Virus record (IMG/VR): IMGVR_UViG_3300042691_055965
Span: 1-64,000 of that record
Reading direction: 5' to 3' (one strand)
DNA length: 64,000 nucleotides
Below, piece by piece: positions 1-9,104 of the stretch. Numbering within the stretch: position 1 is the stretch's first letter; each line of letters begins with the position of its first letter. A model generated the notes under the pieces. It made no database searches and was not told where the DNA came from. It saw only the letters and a program-made list of their open reading frames with translations. The translations under genes and the position numbers were made by a program.

Positions 1-453
1 ATGAAAAAAAATTTGAGAAAAGAATTACAAGAAATGAAGTTCTTGTTTGGATATGAAAGAGGTAGAGTTATTTCTGAGCAAAAAAACTTTCCAAAAGAAA
101 ACGATATGGAAATGATGGTTTCAGATGTAGAATTTGCTGAACCTGATACTGAAACAGAAAAGGAAGTTAAACCTGATGTTGATAGGGAAACAAGACCTTC
201 ACGACCTACAAGAAGAGAAAGAACATTCGATCCAAGTAGATTCGATCCGGCTACACGTCCTGAACCACACCCACAAGGTAGAGAAGAAGATGAGGTAGAG
301 TTTGAATTGGAACTTGATGACAAATACTTTGATGGTGCTGATGAAAAAATGTTTGATGCAGAAATTGATGAACCATATACTATGGACGTTGGTGATACTG
401 ATGTTGATTCTATTGAAGCTTTAGTAAAAAAATATTTAAATTCAAAAGGATGA
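1..453 (+). CDS. Acidic hypothetical protein with class-B leader (possibly head-associated)
   Basis: 150 aa ORF; N-terminus MKKNLRKELQEMKFLFGYERGRVISEQ resembles leaders at 15142-16800 and 19872; start is at the window edge. Confidence 0.7.
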   Translation: MKKNLRKELQEMKFLFGYERGRVISEQKNFPKENDMEMMVSDVEFAEPDTETEKEVKPDVDRETRPSRPTRRERTFDPSRFDPATRPEPHPQGREEDEVEFELELDDKYFDGADEKMFDAEIDEPYTMDVGDTDVDSIEALVKKYLNSKG

Positions 454-1436
454 AAAAAATAAACTTGTACGAAGCACCAATTGCTGACTATTTACCTGAT
501 GAATTCAAACAATACGCAAGACAATCTGCAAAAGAAAGTGAAGAATCAGGAACACCGGCAAACACTATGGAGTTTCAACGACTTATGATGGGGTTACCAT
601 CAATAGAAAGGGAACATAAAAGTGATTTGGTTGAATTGGCTGTAAATTCTTTTTATGAAATGTATCCCGATATTAAAAGTTGGGTTGATAAGGGAAGAAT
701 TGTAGTAGATGCAAATTTAGGTGGAGGTACTGGTGGACGTGTGTTACCTCAAACACCCGCAATGTCGGATATAGAAAAAGCAAAAGAAAAAGATCCTGAC
801 TTTGAAGAGCGTGTAAAAATGAGACATTACCAAAATGCGTTCACACAAGGTAAGGCTTGGGTTAATGGGTTTAATTATATTTTTAAAATTGATAATGAAC
901 TTGAAAATATCGACCCGAAGTTATATGATATGTATCGTTCATTTAGTAAGGGTGCTTCAAAATTCTATTGGGAAAATACAGAAATGCTTGAAAGAATGGC
1001 ACAACAAGCAACAGGTAGAGTTGCTTACTGTGATGTCACATTTTTACCTGATGGTAAAGTGAAAATTGAAGCAAGAGCCCCTGTCTTTCCTTTATTGTTA
1101 CACGAATTGGTAAAAGGTGGTGAATATTATCGTTCATTATTTTCTTTACCTAAAGATAGAGATGTAAGTAAAGCGATTACAAGTACAACCGATGTTCATA
1201 AACATGAAATTAAAAACATGAACTACGGTAGGGCTTTAGTTAATACAATTAGAGAAATTTTAAATAGAAGGGTTAAAGGGTATAGTCCTGATATGGAACC
1301 ACATTTGATGTCAGAATTGGAAGAAACTCTAACACCAAAAGAATTTAATGAAATTATGGATGGGATAGTAAGAAAAGATGAAGATAAAATCTTACGTTTC
1401 ATTATTAAATGTGAAAATATAGTAAAAGAATTATGA
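450..1436 (+). CDS. Phage hypothetical protein
   Basis: 328 aa ORF, ATGA-coupled to both neighbours; LLHELVKG motif, no confident family. Confidence 0.75.
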   Translation: MKKINLYEAPIADYLPDEFKQYARQSAKESEESGTPANTMEFQRLMMGLPSIEREHKSDLVELAVNSFYEMYPDIKSWVDKGRIVVDANLGGGTGGRVLPQTPAMSDIEKAKEKDPDFEERVKMRHYQNAFTQGKAWVNGFNYIFKIDNELENIDPKLYDMYRSFSKGASKFYWENTEMLERMAQQATGRVAYCDVTFLPDGKVKIEARAPVFPLLLHELVKGGEYYRSLFSLPKDRDVSKAITSTTDVHKHEIKNMNYGRALVNTIREILNRRVKGYSPDMEPHLMSELEETLTPKEFNEIMDGIVRKDEDKILRFIIKCENIVKEL

Positions 1437-1717
1437 GAACAAGAATAACTGAATCAGAAATTAATAGAATTGTTAAAAAAATTGTTTTAGAAGACAATCA
1501 ATTCGTTACAGGACCGGCAGCATCAGACAGAACTGAATTAGTTGATGACGTAATTAATAGAATTAATGAATTTGGTGACGAATACATTGCAGCATTAAAT
1601 GAATTAAATGCAGAATATCCTGTAAAACGATACAAACGTATGGAAAGACCTCGTAGAAGTGATTTCGAATTACCAAAAGGGGTTAGAGTACAAAGTTCTT
1701 ATTTTTCAGAAGATTAA
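1433..1717 (+). CDS. Small hypothetical protein with class-A leader
   Basis: 94 aa; starts MRTRITESEINRIVKKIVLE. Confidence 0.7.
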   Translation: MRTRITESEINRIVKKIVLEDNQFVTGPAASDRTELVDDVINRINEFGDEYIAALNELNAEYPVKRYKRMERPRRSDFELPKGVRVQSSYFSED

Positions 1718-1731
1718 AATAATCTTTTATT

Positions 1732-2373
1732 ATGGATGATAATAAGGTATTAAAAATATTTTCAAAGTTCATTGGACAAAAATATGTTAACATTGAAGGT
1801 ATTTTTTTTGAACCTGTTGAAATACTACCTACAGGTAGGGACATAGTGTTCAAAATGTACAATCCAAACGACATTTCGTATTTTGATTTAGCTTTAATAG
1901 ATGAATTGGAATCAATTTTATATGATTTCAAACAATATACCGAAATTTATTTAAAACCAATAATATCCAATTCAAAAAAAATATATTTTAATAAAGAATT
2001 GAAAGAAAAAATTGAAGAATTTTTTTCGTCTGTAAATAAATTAGATGTTTCTGACAAATATTTGAAACAAAAAATTGTAATTTACGGTAAAAGTGTGGGG
2101 TTCTATACTGAAACAGAAGAAGATAGACTTATTTTTTGGAATAAATTTATACCAAGTCGAGGATTCATTGAAAAATTACAAGACAATACAATTTTGACTG
2201 ACAATTTAGTTGAAACTATAGAAAATTATTATGATTTTTTAGAGCAAGACAGTTCTTATTGGGAATCCGAAAACATTTATATAAAAATGGATGTAATTTT
2301 GAACGATTATCCATTAGTTTCGCCTTCATGGATGGCAACTTATTATCACACAGCCTTTTTAAACTACACCTAA
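1732..2373 (+). CDS. Hypothetical protein
   Basis: 213 aa ORF; converges on and overlaps the uvrC end by 15 bp. Confidence 0.65.
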   Translation: MDDNKVLKIFSKFIGQKYVNIEGIFFEPVEILPTGRDIVFKMYNPNDISYFDLALIDELESILYDFKQYTEIYLKPIISNSKKIYFNKELKEKIEEFFSSVNKLDVSDKYLKQKIVIYGKSVGFYTETEEDRLIFWNKFIPSRGFIEKLQDNTILTDNLVETIENYYDFLEQDSSYWESENIYIKMDVILNDYPLVSPSWMATYYHTAFLNYT

Positions 2374-3639
2374 CATAGATTTACTACGTTTTTTACGATG
2401 AAAAGTGATAACAAACCTGTGAACTTCGTCTTGAATTGTTGCAAGTAGATTAAAAAACTTGGAATTTTCAAATTTTGTCATATTTCCATCAGAAAACAGG
2501 ATTTTTTCCGATTTATGTGATGAATTTTTACATATAGATATCAAATCTACCCTATTATTTAGTGAAAGTTCATCAAAAACCTTCTTTGCTACACTTAATT
2601 GTCCTTTTCCACCGTCAATTATTACTAAATCAGGGAGTTTTTTCTTTTCGGATAGTAATCTTGTAAACCTTCTACGTAAAACCTCATCAAAAGAAGCGTA
2701 ATCATCAGCACTTTCTACTGTTTTTATGTTAAATTTGCGGTATTCTGACGTGTTTTTCTTACCATTTGTATATCTAACTAAGGCAGATACCTTGTTATCA
2801 CCTCCAGTGTGTGAATTATCATACATTTCTATGTCAATCGGGGTGTTTTTTAAACCATATTTAGTTTTAAACTCGTCAGCAATCACCAAATAACTACCAA
2901 TTCTTGTAGATTCTACACATTTTTCATACTTATCTAAGGCATCTAACCTAAATTTAACACTATTTGCATGTTCAAACTCTAAATTCTTACTAAAACTATT
3001 CATTTGTCGTGTTAATTTACCTTTAACTTGACTAAAATTGAACAAAATAACCTGTTTTAAGTCTGAAATAATAGATTTATAGGTAAATTTATTGATATTT
3101 GACACACAAGGAGCGTCACAACGACCCATATGGTACTCTAAACAAGTAGAAAACTTGTTTTTTTCTATATTTTCAGGCGTGATATCGTATGAACAGGAGC
3201 GTAAATTAAAGATATCGTGTAATAATTCGTATAATTGATAACAAATATTACTACTTGACACACAAATTAGTGGTTCTGACACTAAATTAGTGTCATTTTT
3301 AACTTCTAAACGGGGAAAAACCTCATCAGTAAGGGTTAAATACCATTTTTTGGACTTATCATCCTTTAATTTGATGTTAAATTTAGGTTTGTATGACTTT
3401 ATTAAGTCATTTTCAAGTATAAATGCTGAATTTTCGTCCAAAGTAGTCAAAAAATCCACATCAACTATGGATTCTACCAATAATTTAGTCTTTTTAGGGT
3501 GATTTTTAGTAGAAAAGTAAGATTTTACCCTATTTGGAAGGTGTTTTGCCTTACCAACATAGATAATTTGTCCTTTTTTATCTTTAAAAAGGTAACAACC
3601 ACTTGATTTTGGTATATTTTTGAGTTTTTCTTCTAACAT
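2359..3639 (-). CDS. uvrC: UvrC-like excinuclease, shortened (no C-terminal HhH)
   Basis: N-terminal GIY-YIG (GCYLFKD..IIYVGKAKHLPNRVKSY), CLEYHMGRCDAPC, UVR-like helix (LEFEHA), RNase H-like domain (YDNSH, PDLVIIDGGKGQ, QDEVHRF); ends at FHRKKRSKS. Confidence 0.9.
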   Translation of the reverse strand: MLEEKLKNIPKSSGCYLFKDKKGQIIYVGKAKHLPNRVKSYFSTKNHPKKTKLLVESIVDVDFLTTLDENSAFILENDLIKSYKPKFNIKLKDDKSKKWYLTLTDEVFPRLEVKNDTNLVSEPLICVSSSNICYQLYELLHDIFNLRSCSYDITPENIEKNKFSTCLEYHMGRCDAPCVSNINKFTYKSIISDLKQVILFNFSQVKGKLTRQMNSFSKNLEFEHANSVKFRLDALDKYEKCVESTRIGSYLVIADEFKTKYGLKNTPIDIEMYDNSHTGGDNKVSALVRYTNGKKNTSEYRKFNIKTVESADDYASFDEVLRRRFTRLLSEKKKLPDLVIIDGGKGQLSVAKKVFDELSLNNRVDLISICKNSSHKSEKILFSDGNMTKFENSKFFNLLATIQDEVHRFVITFHRKKRSKSMLGVV

Positions 3640-3696
3640 TTAAGCTAAAATAACGTTTTTTTGGGTAAAATACAACAAAATTAGGTATTTATTTGT

Positions 3697-4245
3697 ATGA
3701 AAATCATTATAACAGAGTCTCAATACCGTTTTTTAGTCGAAAATAGTCAAGAAATAGACAATATATTAGACAAAATGAACGAATTTGGGTATGAAAACCT
3801 TGAAAATGACGAAAAAATGATGTTAAAAGACTATTCTGAATGGTTAAATCAAGGAAAAAAGGGTGATTTTACCCCTAAAAAACACCAAAAAATGGGTGAT
3901 TTTGACGAAAAAATGGGTAAAAAATGGAAAAAACAACTAATGGATGGTAGTGATTTTACCTTTACATTTGACTATTTTGATGTTTTAGATAATGAATATC
4001 TATTCTATGGGTTAGTAAATTGGGATGGTGAAGACTGGTATGGGTTAATTGCTACAGATAATAAGGGTAATTTAACTGAAATTGATTTTATTTCTGAACA
4101 AACAACCTTTAGTACCTATAATTTAGACGACAATGATAGGAATATAAATCAGCAAAAAGAAAAAAGACTACAGGAATCACTAGGGAAACTAATTCATCAA
4201 GTAAAATTCTTTTTCGAAGAAGAAGTTATTCCTGAATTAATGTGA
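3697..4245 (+). CDS. Hypothetical protein, class-A-like leader
   Basis: 182 aa; MKIIITESQYRFLVE; TATTTAT at 3686-3692. Confidence 0.75.
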   Translation: MKIIITESQYRFLVENSQEIDNILDKMNEFGYENLENDEKMMLKDYSEWLNQGKKGDFTPKKHQKMGDFDEKMGKKWKKQLMDGSDFTFTFDYFDVLDNEYLFYGLVNWDGEDWYGLIATDNKGNLTEIDFISEQTTFSTYNLDDNDRNINQQKEKRLQESLGKLIHQVKFFFEEEVIPELM

Positions 4246-4282
4246 TTTTTAAAAAATAAAGATATTTATAAATAAAATTATT

Positions 4283-4687
4283 ATGAAAAAGAAAGTAATT
4301 AGACTTACAGAAAGTGAATTGACAAATTTAATTCAAATTATAGTTGAGGAAGTTCAAATAGAAGAAGGTATTTTTGGACCGAGTGGTATGGAATTAGAAC
4401 AAAGAAAGATTGATTTAATTCGTGCTATTGATGATTTACTTGAAGAATACAACTTAACTGATGATGACTTATATAATAGTGTTGATTCAGTGGTAAAACA
4501 AGCGGCTGAAGACGGTTACGATGGTGAAGTTAAATTGATGCAAGGAAGAAGTGGAAACGTTGTATTAAAATTCATTGCAAATCCTACAAAATTCCAAAAA
4601 AGTAAATTCTACCAAAATGTGGTAAAACCGATGGTTGGTGGAATGAGACAAGGACACGGTTTCGGTTCAGGTAGAGGAGATCTTTAA
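4283..4687 (+). CDS. Hypothetical protein, class-A leader
   Basis: 134 aa; MKKKVIRLTESELTNLIQIIVEE; TATTTAT at 4263-4269. Confidence 0.75.
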   Translation: MKKKVIRLTESELTNLIQIIVEEVQIEEGIFGPSGMELEQRKIDLIRAIDDLLEEYNLTDDDLYNSVDSVVKQAAEDGYDGEVKLMQGRSGNVVLKFIANPTKFQKSKFYQNVVKPMVGGMRQGHGFGSGRGDL

Positions 4688-4691
4688 ATTG

Positions 4692-4717
4692 AAAAAGGGA
4701 CTATGTCCCTTTTTTTT
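4692..4717. terminator. Bidirectional intrinsic terminator
   Basis: AAAAAGGGAC-TAT-GTCCCTTTTTTTT between convergent genes. Confidence 0.8.
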
Positions 4718-5009
4718 ATAAATCATTTATTTTTTCATGAATTATTAAAAGTGCTTTATATGTGGTATAATGAAACTTTTTATAATTGTGTGATCGAATA
4801 GTTTGTTGAATAAAAACCAAAATCAGAATACCTAATACAACAATAGGAATTAAACCCAAGAAAGGATTTATCATATATGCAAATAAAATAAAACCGAAGA
4901 ACATAAGGTTTACAAGTGAAAAGGTAAATTTTTCTTTCCATTTGTTAACAACATCAAGAGCGTCCTGTAATTGTTTTTCTTGTTTTTCTTTTGTCTTTAT
5001 TGTTTTCAT
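4716..5009 (-). CDS. Small two-TM membrane protein
   Basis: Likely start MKTIKTKE at 5009, just downstream of a -7 box; two hydrophobic segments. Confidence 0.7.
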   Translation of the reverse strand: MKTIKTKEKQEKQLQDALDVVNKWKEKFTFSLVNLMFFGFILFAYMINPFLGLIPIVVLGILILVFIQQTIRSHNYKKFHYTTYKALLIIHEKINDL

Positions 5010-5022
5010 ATTTTGTTTTTTA

Positions 5023-5030
5023 CAAATATA
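5023..5030 (-). promoter_or_regulatory. Bacteroidota sigma70-type -7 element TATATTTG
   Basis: Matches TAnnTTTG, 14 nt upstream of the ATG at 5009. Confidence 0.65.
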
Positions 5031-5039
5031 CAAAAAAAA

Positions 5040-5648
5040 TTAAATAACATCTTGATTTTTTAAAAAATTAAATAACTCTTTTGCTAATTTTTTCCCGAAA
5101 CTAATATCTGATGGATAATGTGCTTTTGCCATTTGTCTTGAATAAACAATATCTTTTGCAATTTTTTCAAAATCACTTTTAAACTCAGGATACATATAAC
5201 TTAATATGTGACATAAAAGATATGATTGTGTAGAGTGTCCCGATGGGTATGCAAAACCTGTCATTGATTTTAACAAGATATCGTTCATGTCATTATCCAA
5301 TCTGAATGGACGTGGACGTTTGTAGAACATTTTTAATTCACGAACAACTTTTGATACGTCATAATGAATTTTTTCTAATTTTTCTTTTGGGTATTTTATA
5401 TTCTTTTCTTTTAAAAGTTCCACAAAATTTCCATAAATATCATCTTTTTCTTGAACAAATCTTTTGTTTAAATCTATAGTTTTTAAAAATTTAAGTTCGT
5501 TTTTTGTTTTTTGACTATTATCTGCTGGTGGGGGAAATGACTTGAATTTATTTAAATCAAACTTTTTGAACACACCCAAGTCATGTTCTTGATTATTTTC
5601 CAATAACATAAGTTTTTGGATTCTGTTTATTTTTTCATTCAATATCAT
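5040..5648 (-). CDS. PAP2-family (acid phosphatase/haloperoxidase-like) phosphatase with class-B leader
   Basis: Motifs KxxxxRPRP, AYPSGHS, SRxxAKAHYPSD; N-terminus MILNEKINRIQKLMLLE. Confidence 0.85.
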   Translation of the reverse strand: MILNEKINRIQKLMLLENNQEHDLGVFKKFDLNKFKSFPPPADNSQKTKNELKFLKTIDLNKRFVQEKDDIYGNFVELLKEKNIKYPKEKLEKIHYDVSKVVRELKMFYKRPRPFRLDNDMNDILLKSMTGFAYPSGHSTQSYLLCHILSYMYPEFKSDFEKIAKDIVYSRQMAKAHYPSDISFGKKLAKELFNFLKNQDVI

Positions 5649-5660
5649 ATTTATAAATAT
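5647..5660. promoter_or_regulatory. Palindromic double TATTTAT motif (putative bidirectional late promoter)
   Basis: ATATTTATAAATAT between divergent genes starting at 5648(-) and 5675(+); the minus-strand copy ends 4 nt before its ATG. Confidence 0.5.
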
Positions 5661-5674
5661 AAAACCAATTCATT

Positions 5675-6109
5675 ATGATAACAAAAAAAGAATTACTTTC
5701 AAATGGAGTGAAAGGTGAAAAAATGATTTCAGAACAAAAAACTAAAAAAGAATTTTCCGAAATGGTGTCTTTGATATTACATTCAAGAACACAAACCCAT
5801 ACACTACATTTACAAACAGGTTCATACGCTGAACACAAAGCATTGAATGATTACTATGATTCTATTGGTGATATCTTTGATGGATTGGTTGAATCATACC
5901 AAGGTAAATATGGAATTATTGAAAGTTATAAATCTTATGACATCGCACCATATAAAAATACGGAAACTTCTATAAAATATTTACAAGACTTGTGCAAAAA
6001 AGTAGAAAATTTGAGGGATTGTTGTGAAGATTCATATATACAAAATCAAATTGATACGGTTTGTGAATTAATTAATTCAACACTTTATAAATTAAGATTT
6101 TTAAAATAA
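5675..6109 (+). CDS. DUF5856-like ferritin/Dps-like four-helix protein
   Basis: H..HLQT.SYAEHKALNDYYD..D.LVESYQGKYG pattern typical of this phage family. Confidence 0.7.
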   Translation: MITKKELLSNGVKGEKMISEQKTKKEFSEMVSLILHSRTQTHTLHLQTGSYAEHKALNDYYDSIGDIFDGLVESYQGKYGIIESYKSYDIAPYKNTETSIKYLQDLCKKVENLRDCCEDSYIQNQIDTVCELINSTLYKLRFLK

Positions 6110-6664
6110 TTATTTTATAAAATCAACATGGACGTGATCAGTATGTGCTGATTTTCCTCCTGAAGTGTCATAATCATGCCATCCTTTTGGACTATTCCAT
6201 ATTTTATAATTATAAATCACATTTTTAACTTTAAGCTCACTCGCGTTGTCAACCAAGTAGTCAGCAAGTTTTTGCATAGTCGGATCTAAATCACCTCCTT
6301 TTGCGACATAATCCAATGCATTTCCATATGAATGTTCGGACTTTATTTTTGATCCAGCAACGTATCTATCTGCATAACCCCAAATGTTACTCCACTTTCC
6401 TTTAAATTGTGGTTGTGATAGTACATTATTTAAACAATCAACTGCCGGATCAGTCAAAGATTCTAAAGGTGGAAGTGGTTCGTCTTCCATACTTCCACCC
6501 ACTTTTATTTTTACTGGTTGATTACCTGAACGATAATCTATTGCATAATCATTTTTGAAAGGATCTGAAAGTTCTTTTCCGGTTTTTGGATCAACCGCAA
6601 ATTCAAACCCTTCAACAAGTTGTTCGTTGATAATGTCTCCTAATATCTTGACAAATTTCTTCAT
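6110..6664 (-). CDS. Putative LAS/M15-like metallopeptidase (ARB-07466-like C-terminal domain); possible cell-wall hydrolase
   Basis: SEHSYGNALDY ... HTDHVHVDF zinc-ligand pattern. Confidence 0.65.
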   Translation of the reverse strand: MKKFVKILGDIINEQLVEGFEFAVDPKTGKELSDPFKNDYAIDYRSGNQPVKIKVGGSMEDEPLPPLESLTDPAVDCLNNVLSQPQFKGKWSNIWGYADRYVAGSKIKSEHSYGNALDYVAKGGDLDPTMQKLADYLVDNASELKVKNVIYNYKIWNSPKGWHDYDTSGGKSAHTDHVHVDFIK

Positions 6665-6774
6665 TTGTATTAATATAAATATTTGATTTCCAGTAAATGA
6701 TAAAATTTAATTCAGGTTTGGTAAAAAACAACCTATTTCAAAATCTAACGTTATAAAATAAACTATTTATTATT

Positions 6775-8985
6775 ATGAAGCTTTTAAACATAATTTTCTT
6801 TTTTTTAACCTTTGTTGGTTATTCACAGTTCTGTCCAAATTTAGGACCCGATCAATATCTTGCGTGTGGTGTTGGTTCGACTACACTAACTGCGGACTTT
6901 AGTCAATGTGCACCTGGCAGTAACCCAAATCAAACAACAAACTATGGTGTAACAAACATACCATACGTGGCACAAACAAATACAGGGACATCACTTATAA
7001 TGGCTGATGATTCACAACAAGGACCTTTTAATATAGGATTTACTTTTTGTTTTTTTGGACAAACCTATACACAATTTTATGTTGGTTCTAATGGGTGGGT
7101 TTCATTTTCACCAGCTCAACCAACAACATTCACATCAACAACAATCCCATCAGGATTAGGAACAGTCCCAAAGAACTGTATCATGGGTCCTTGGCAAGAT
7201 TGGCATCCTGGAGTTGGGGGACAGATTAGATACCAAGTTCAAGGAACCGCACCATGTAGAAAATTGGTTGTTAGTTGGATAAACGTACCAATGTTTTCTT
7301 GTACTAACTTGACAGGGACATTTCATATTGTAATTTATGAATCAACAAACATTATTGAAAATCATATTCAAAATAAACCTAATTGCTTAGCTTGGGCAGG
7401 AGGAACTGCCGTACAAGGATTACATAACAACAATGGAACATTCGCAGTAACTGTACCAGGTAGAAACTCAACCCAGTGGACTGCTAATAATGATGCAAGA
7501 AGATACACACCAAGTGGGCCTACAGTTATCCCAACACCAACATGGTATCAAGTAGGTAACCCAACACCTATTGGTGTTGGAACATCTATTACGGTAACAC
7601 CACCACAAGCTGGTGCAAATTATACTTGTCAGTTAGTTTATCCTGCTTGTAACGTAGGATGGAACACTTGTAATAATATACCAGGACAAACACCTGACAC
7701 TGTATTTGTACAACCAGGTCCACCAAACCTACAACCATTAAATGTTACTTTTACAAACCCAACTTGTTTTCAAAGTTGTGATGGAACAATCGATGTTACC
7801 CCATCTAACGGAGTTGCTCCTTTTACCTATGTGTGGAGTAATGGACAAGGTACACCAAACCTTATTGATTTATGTGAAGGAATATATGATGTAACAGTAA
7901 CTGACAATCAAGGATGTGATGTAACGGCATCTGTAACACTTACTGATCCTCCACAAGTTGTTATTAATCCGATTCAATCAATCGATACGATTTGTGATTA
8001 TTCATCAAGTGAATTATATTTTGTAAACGACAACGGAAATGGTTACACATATACTTGGACAACACTTGGAAGTATTATAAACGGTCAAGGTAATGATTCA
8101 ATTTACATAAATTGGGACGATAACCCAAGTGGATTTGTTCCCCAAGGTGTGAGTGTAATTGGAATAAATTCGGATGGATGTGAAAGTTTACCTCAAGATT
8201 TTGATTTATACATTTTGGATATAAATCCAACTATACAACAAATCGGACCTTTTTGTGATTATGATGATTGTGCTGATTTGATAGTAAATCCAATTGGTGG
8301 TAATCTATCAGGTTTAGGTGTCAATAATAATCAATTTTGCCCTGATGTGTCTTTGGTTGGTAATAATTCAATTACATATGAATATACTCAAACAAATTGT
8401 ACGTTTGATACTACAATAACTGTGGTTGTAAACCCACAACCAATTTTAGATGACATTAATCCTGATGATGAAATGGTGGAATTTTGTGAAGGTGATATTG
8501 TTAATAGAATATATAGTGTAGAATCCAATTTAAATGGTGGTACTTACTATTGGATTTTAAATGGTGATACAACAGAATCTTACAGTTTAGGACAAAGTTG
8601 GGTTACTAATGGTTACTATACAATACAAGTTTATCAGGTGGTAAATGGATGTGTTTCAGAAACCCAATCAACAACAGTTAATTTGACGACTTGTCCTGAA
8701 GAATTAATTTTTATACCGAATACTTTTACACCTGATGGTGACGAATATAACCAAACATGGTTACCAATATTTACCGAAGGGTTCGATCCGTATGATTATC
8801 AATTAACTATTTTAAATAGATGGGGTGAAGTTGTTTTCGAAAGCAATAACCATACAATTGGATGGTTGGGTGATTACAACGGAAAGGCTTGTACTGAAGG
8901 TGTTTATACTTGGAAAATTGAATTTGGAAATTTAATAAACGATGCTAGAAAAGTACTAGTTGGGCATTTAACACTTATACGATGA
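6775..8985 (+). CDS. Secreted adhesin-like protein with T9SS type-B (gliding motility-associated, CHU_C) C-terminal domain
   Basis: Signal peptide; nidogen-like segment (DDSQQGPFNIGFTFCFFG..YVGSNG); SprB-like repeat (CDGTIDV..GVAPFTYVWSNG); CTD FIPNTFTPDGDEYN..LTILNRWGEVVF..GVYTW..GHLTLIR. Confidence 0.9.
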   Translation: MKLLNIIFFFLTFVGYSQFCPNLGPDQYLACGVGSTTLTADFSQCAPGSNPNQTTNYGVTNIPYVAQTNTGTSLIMADDSQQGPFNIGFTFCFFGQTYTQFYVGSNGWVSFSPAQPTTFTSTTIPSGLGTVPKNCIMGPWQDWHPGVGGQIRYQVQGTAPCRKLVVSWINVPMFSCTNLTGTFHIVIYESTNIIENHIQNKPNCLAWAGGTAVQGLHNNNGTFAVTVPGRNSTQWTANNDARRYTPSGPTVIPTPTWYQVGNPTPIGVGTSITVTPPQAGANYTCQLVYPACNVGWNTCNNIPGQTPDTVFVQPGPPNLQPLNVTFTNPTCFQSCDGTIDVTPSNGVAPFTYVWSNGQGTPNLIDLCEGIYDVTVTDNQGCDVTASVTLTDPPQVVINPIQSIDTICDYSSSELYFVNDNGNGYTYTWTTLGSIINGQGNDSIYINWDDNPSGFVPQGVSVIGINSDGCESLPQDFDLYILDINPTIQQIGPFCDYDDCADLIVNPIGGNLSGLGVNNNQFCPDVSLVGNNSITYEYTQTNCTFDTTITVVVNPQPILDDINPDDEMVEFCEGDIVNRIYSVESNLNGGTYYWILNGDTTESYSLGQSWVTNGYYTIQVYQVVNGCVSETQSTTVNLTTCPEELIFIPNTFTPDGDEYNQTWLPIFTEGFDPYDYQLTILNRWGEVVFESNNHTIGWLGDYNGKACTEGVYTWKIEFGNLINDARKVLVGHLTLIR

Positions 8986-9071
8986 ATATAGATATGTATG
9001 CTTTAGTTGTTACTCCAATTATGATTTTAGTTTCTTTTGTTCTTGTAAGTTTATATAGGAACAGAAAGTAA
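8982..9071 (+). CDS. Unannotated 29-aa single-TM peptide
   Basis: Hand-translated MNIDMYALVVTPIMILVSFVLVSLYRNRK*; ATGA overlap with the T9SS gene stop. Confidence 0.5.
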   Translation: MNIDMYALVVTPIMILVSFVLVSLYRNRK

Positions 9072-9104
9072 ATAGTTTTAGAAAGATTTGTGATATTTAT
9101 ATGT

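Noticed and set aside
450-1436. Zincin metalloprotease suggested by LLHELVKG
   Set aside because: The second His of HExxH is missing, so the call is not supported
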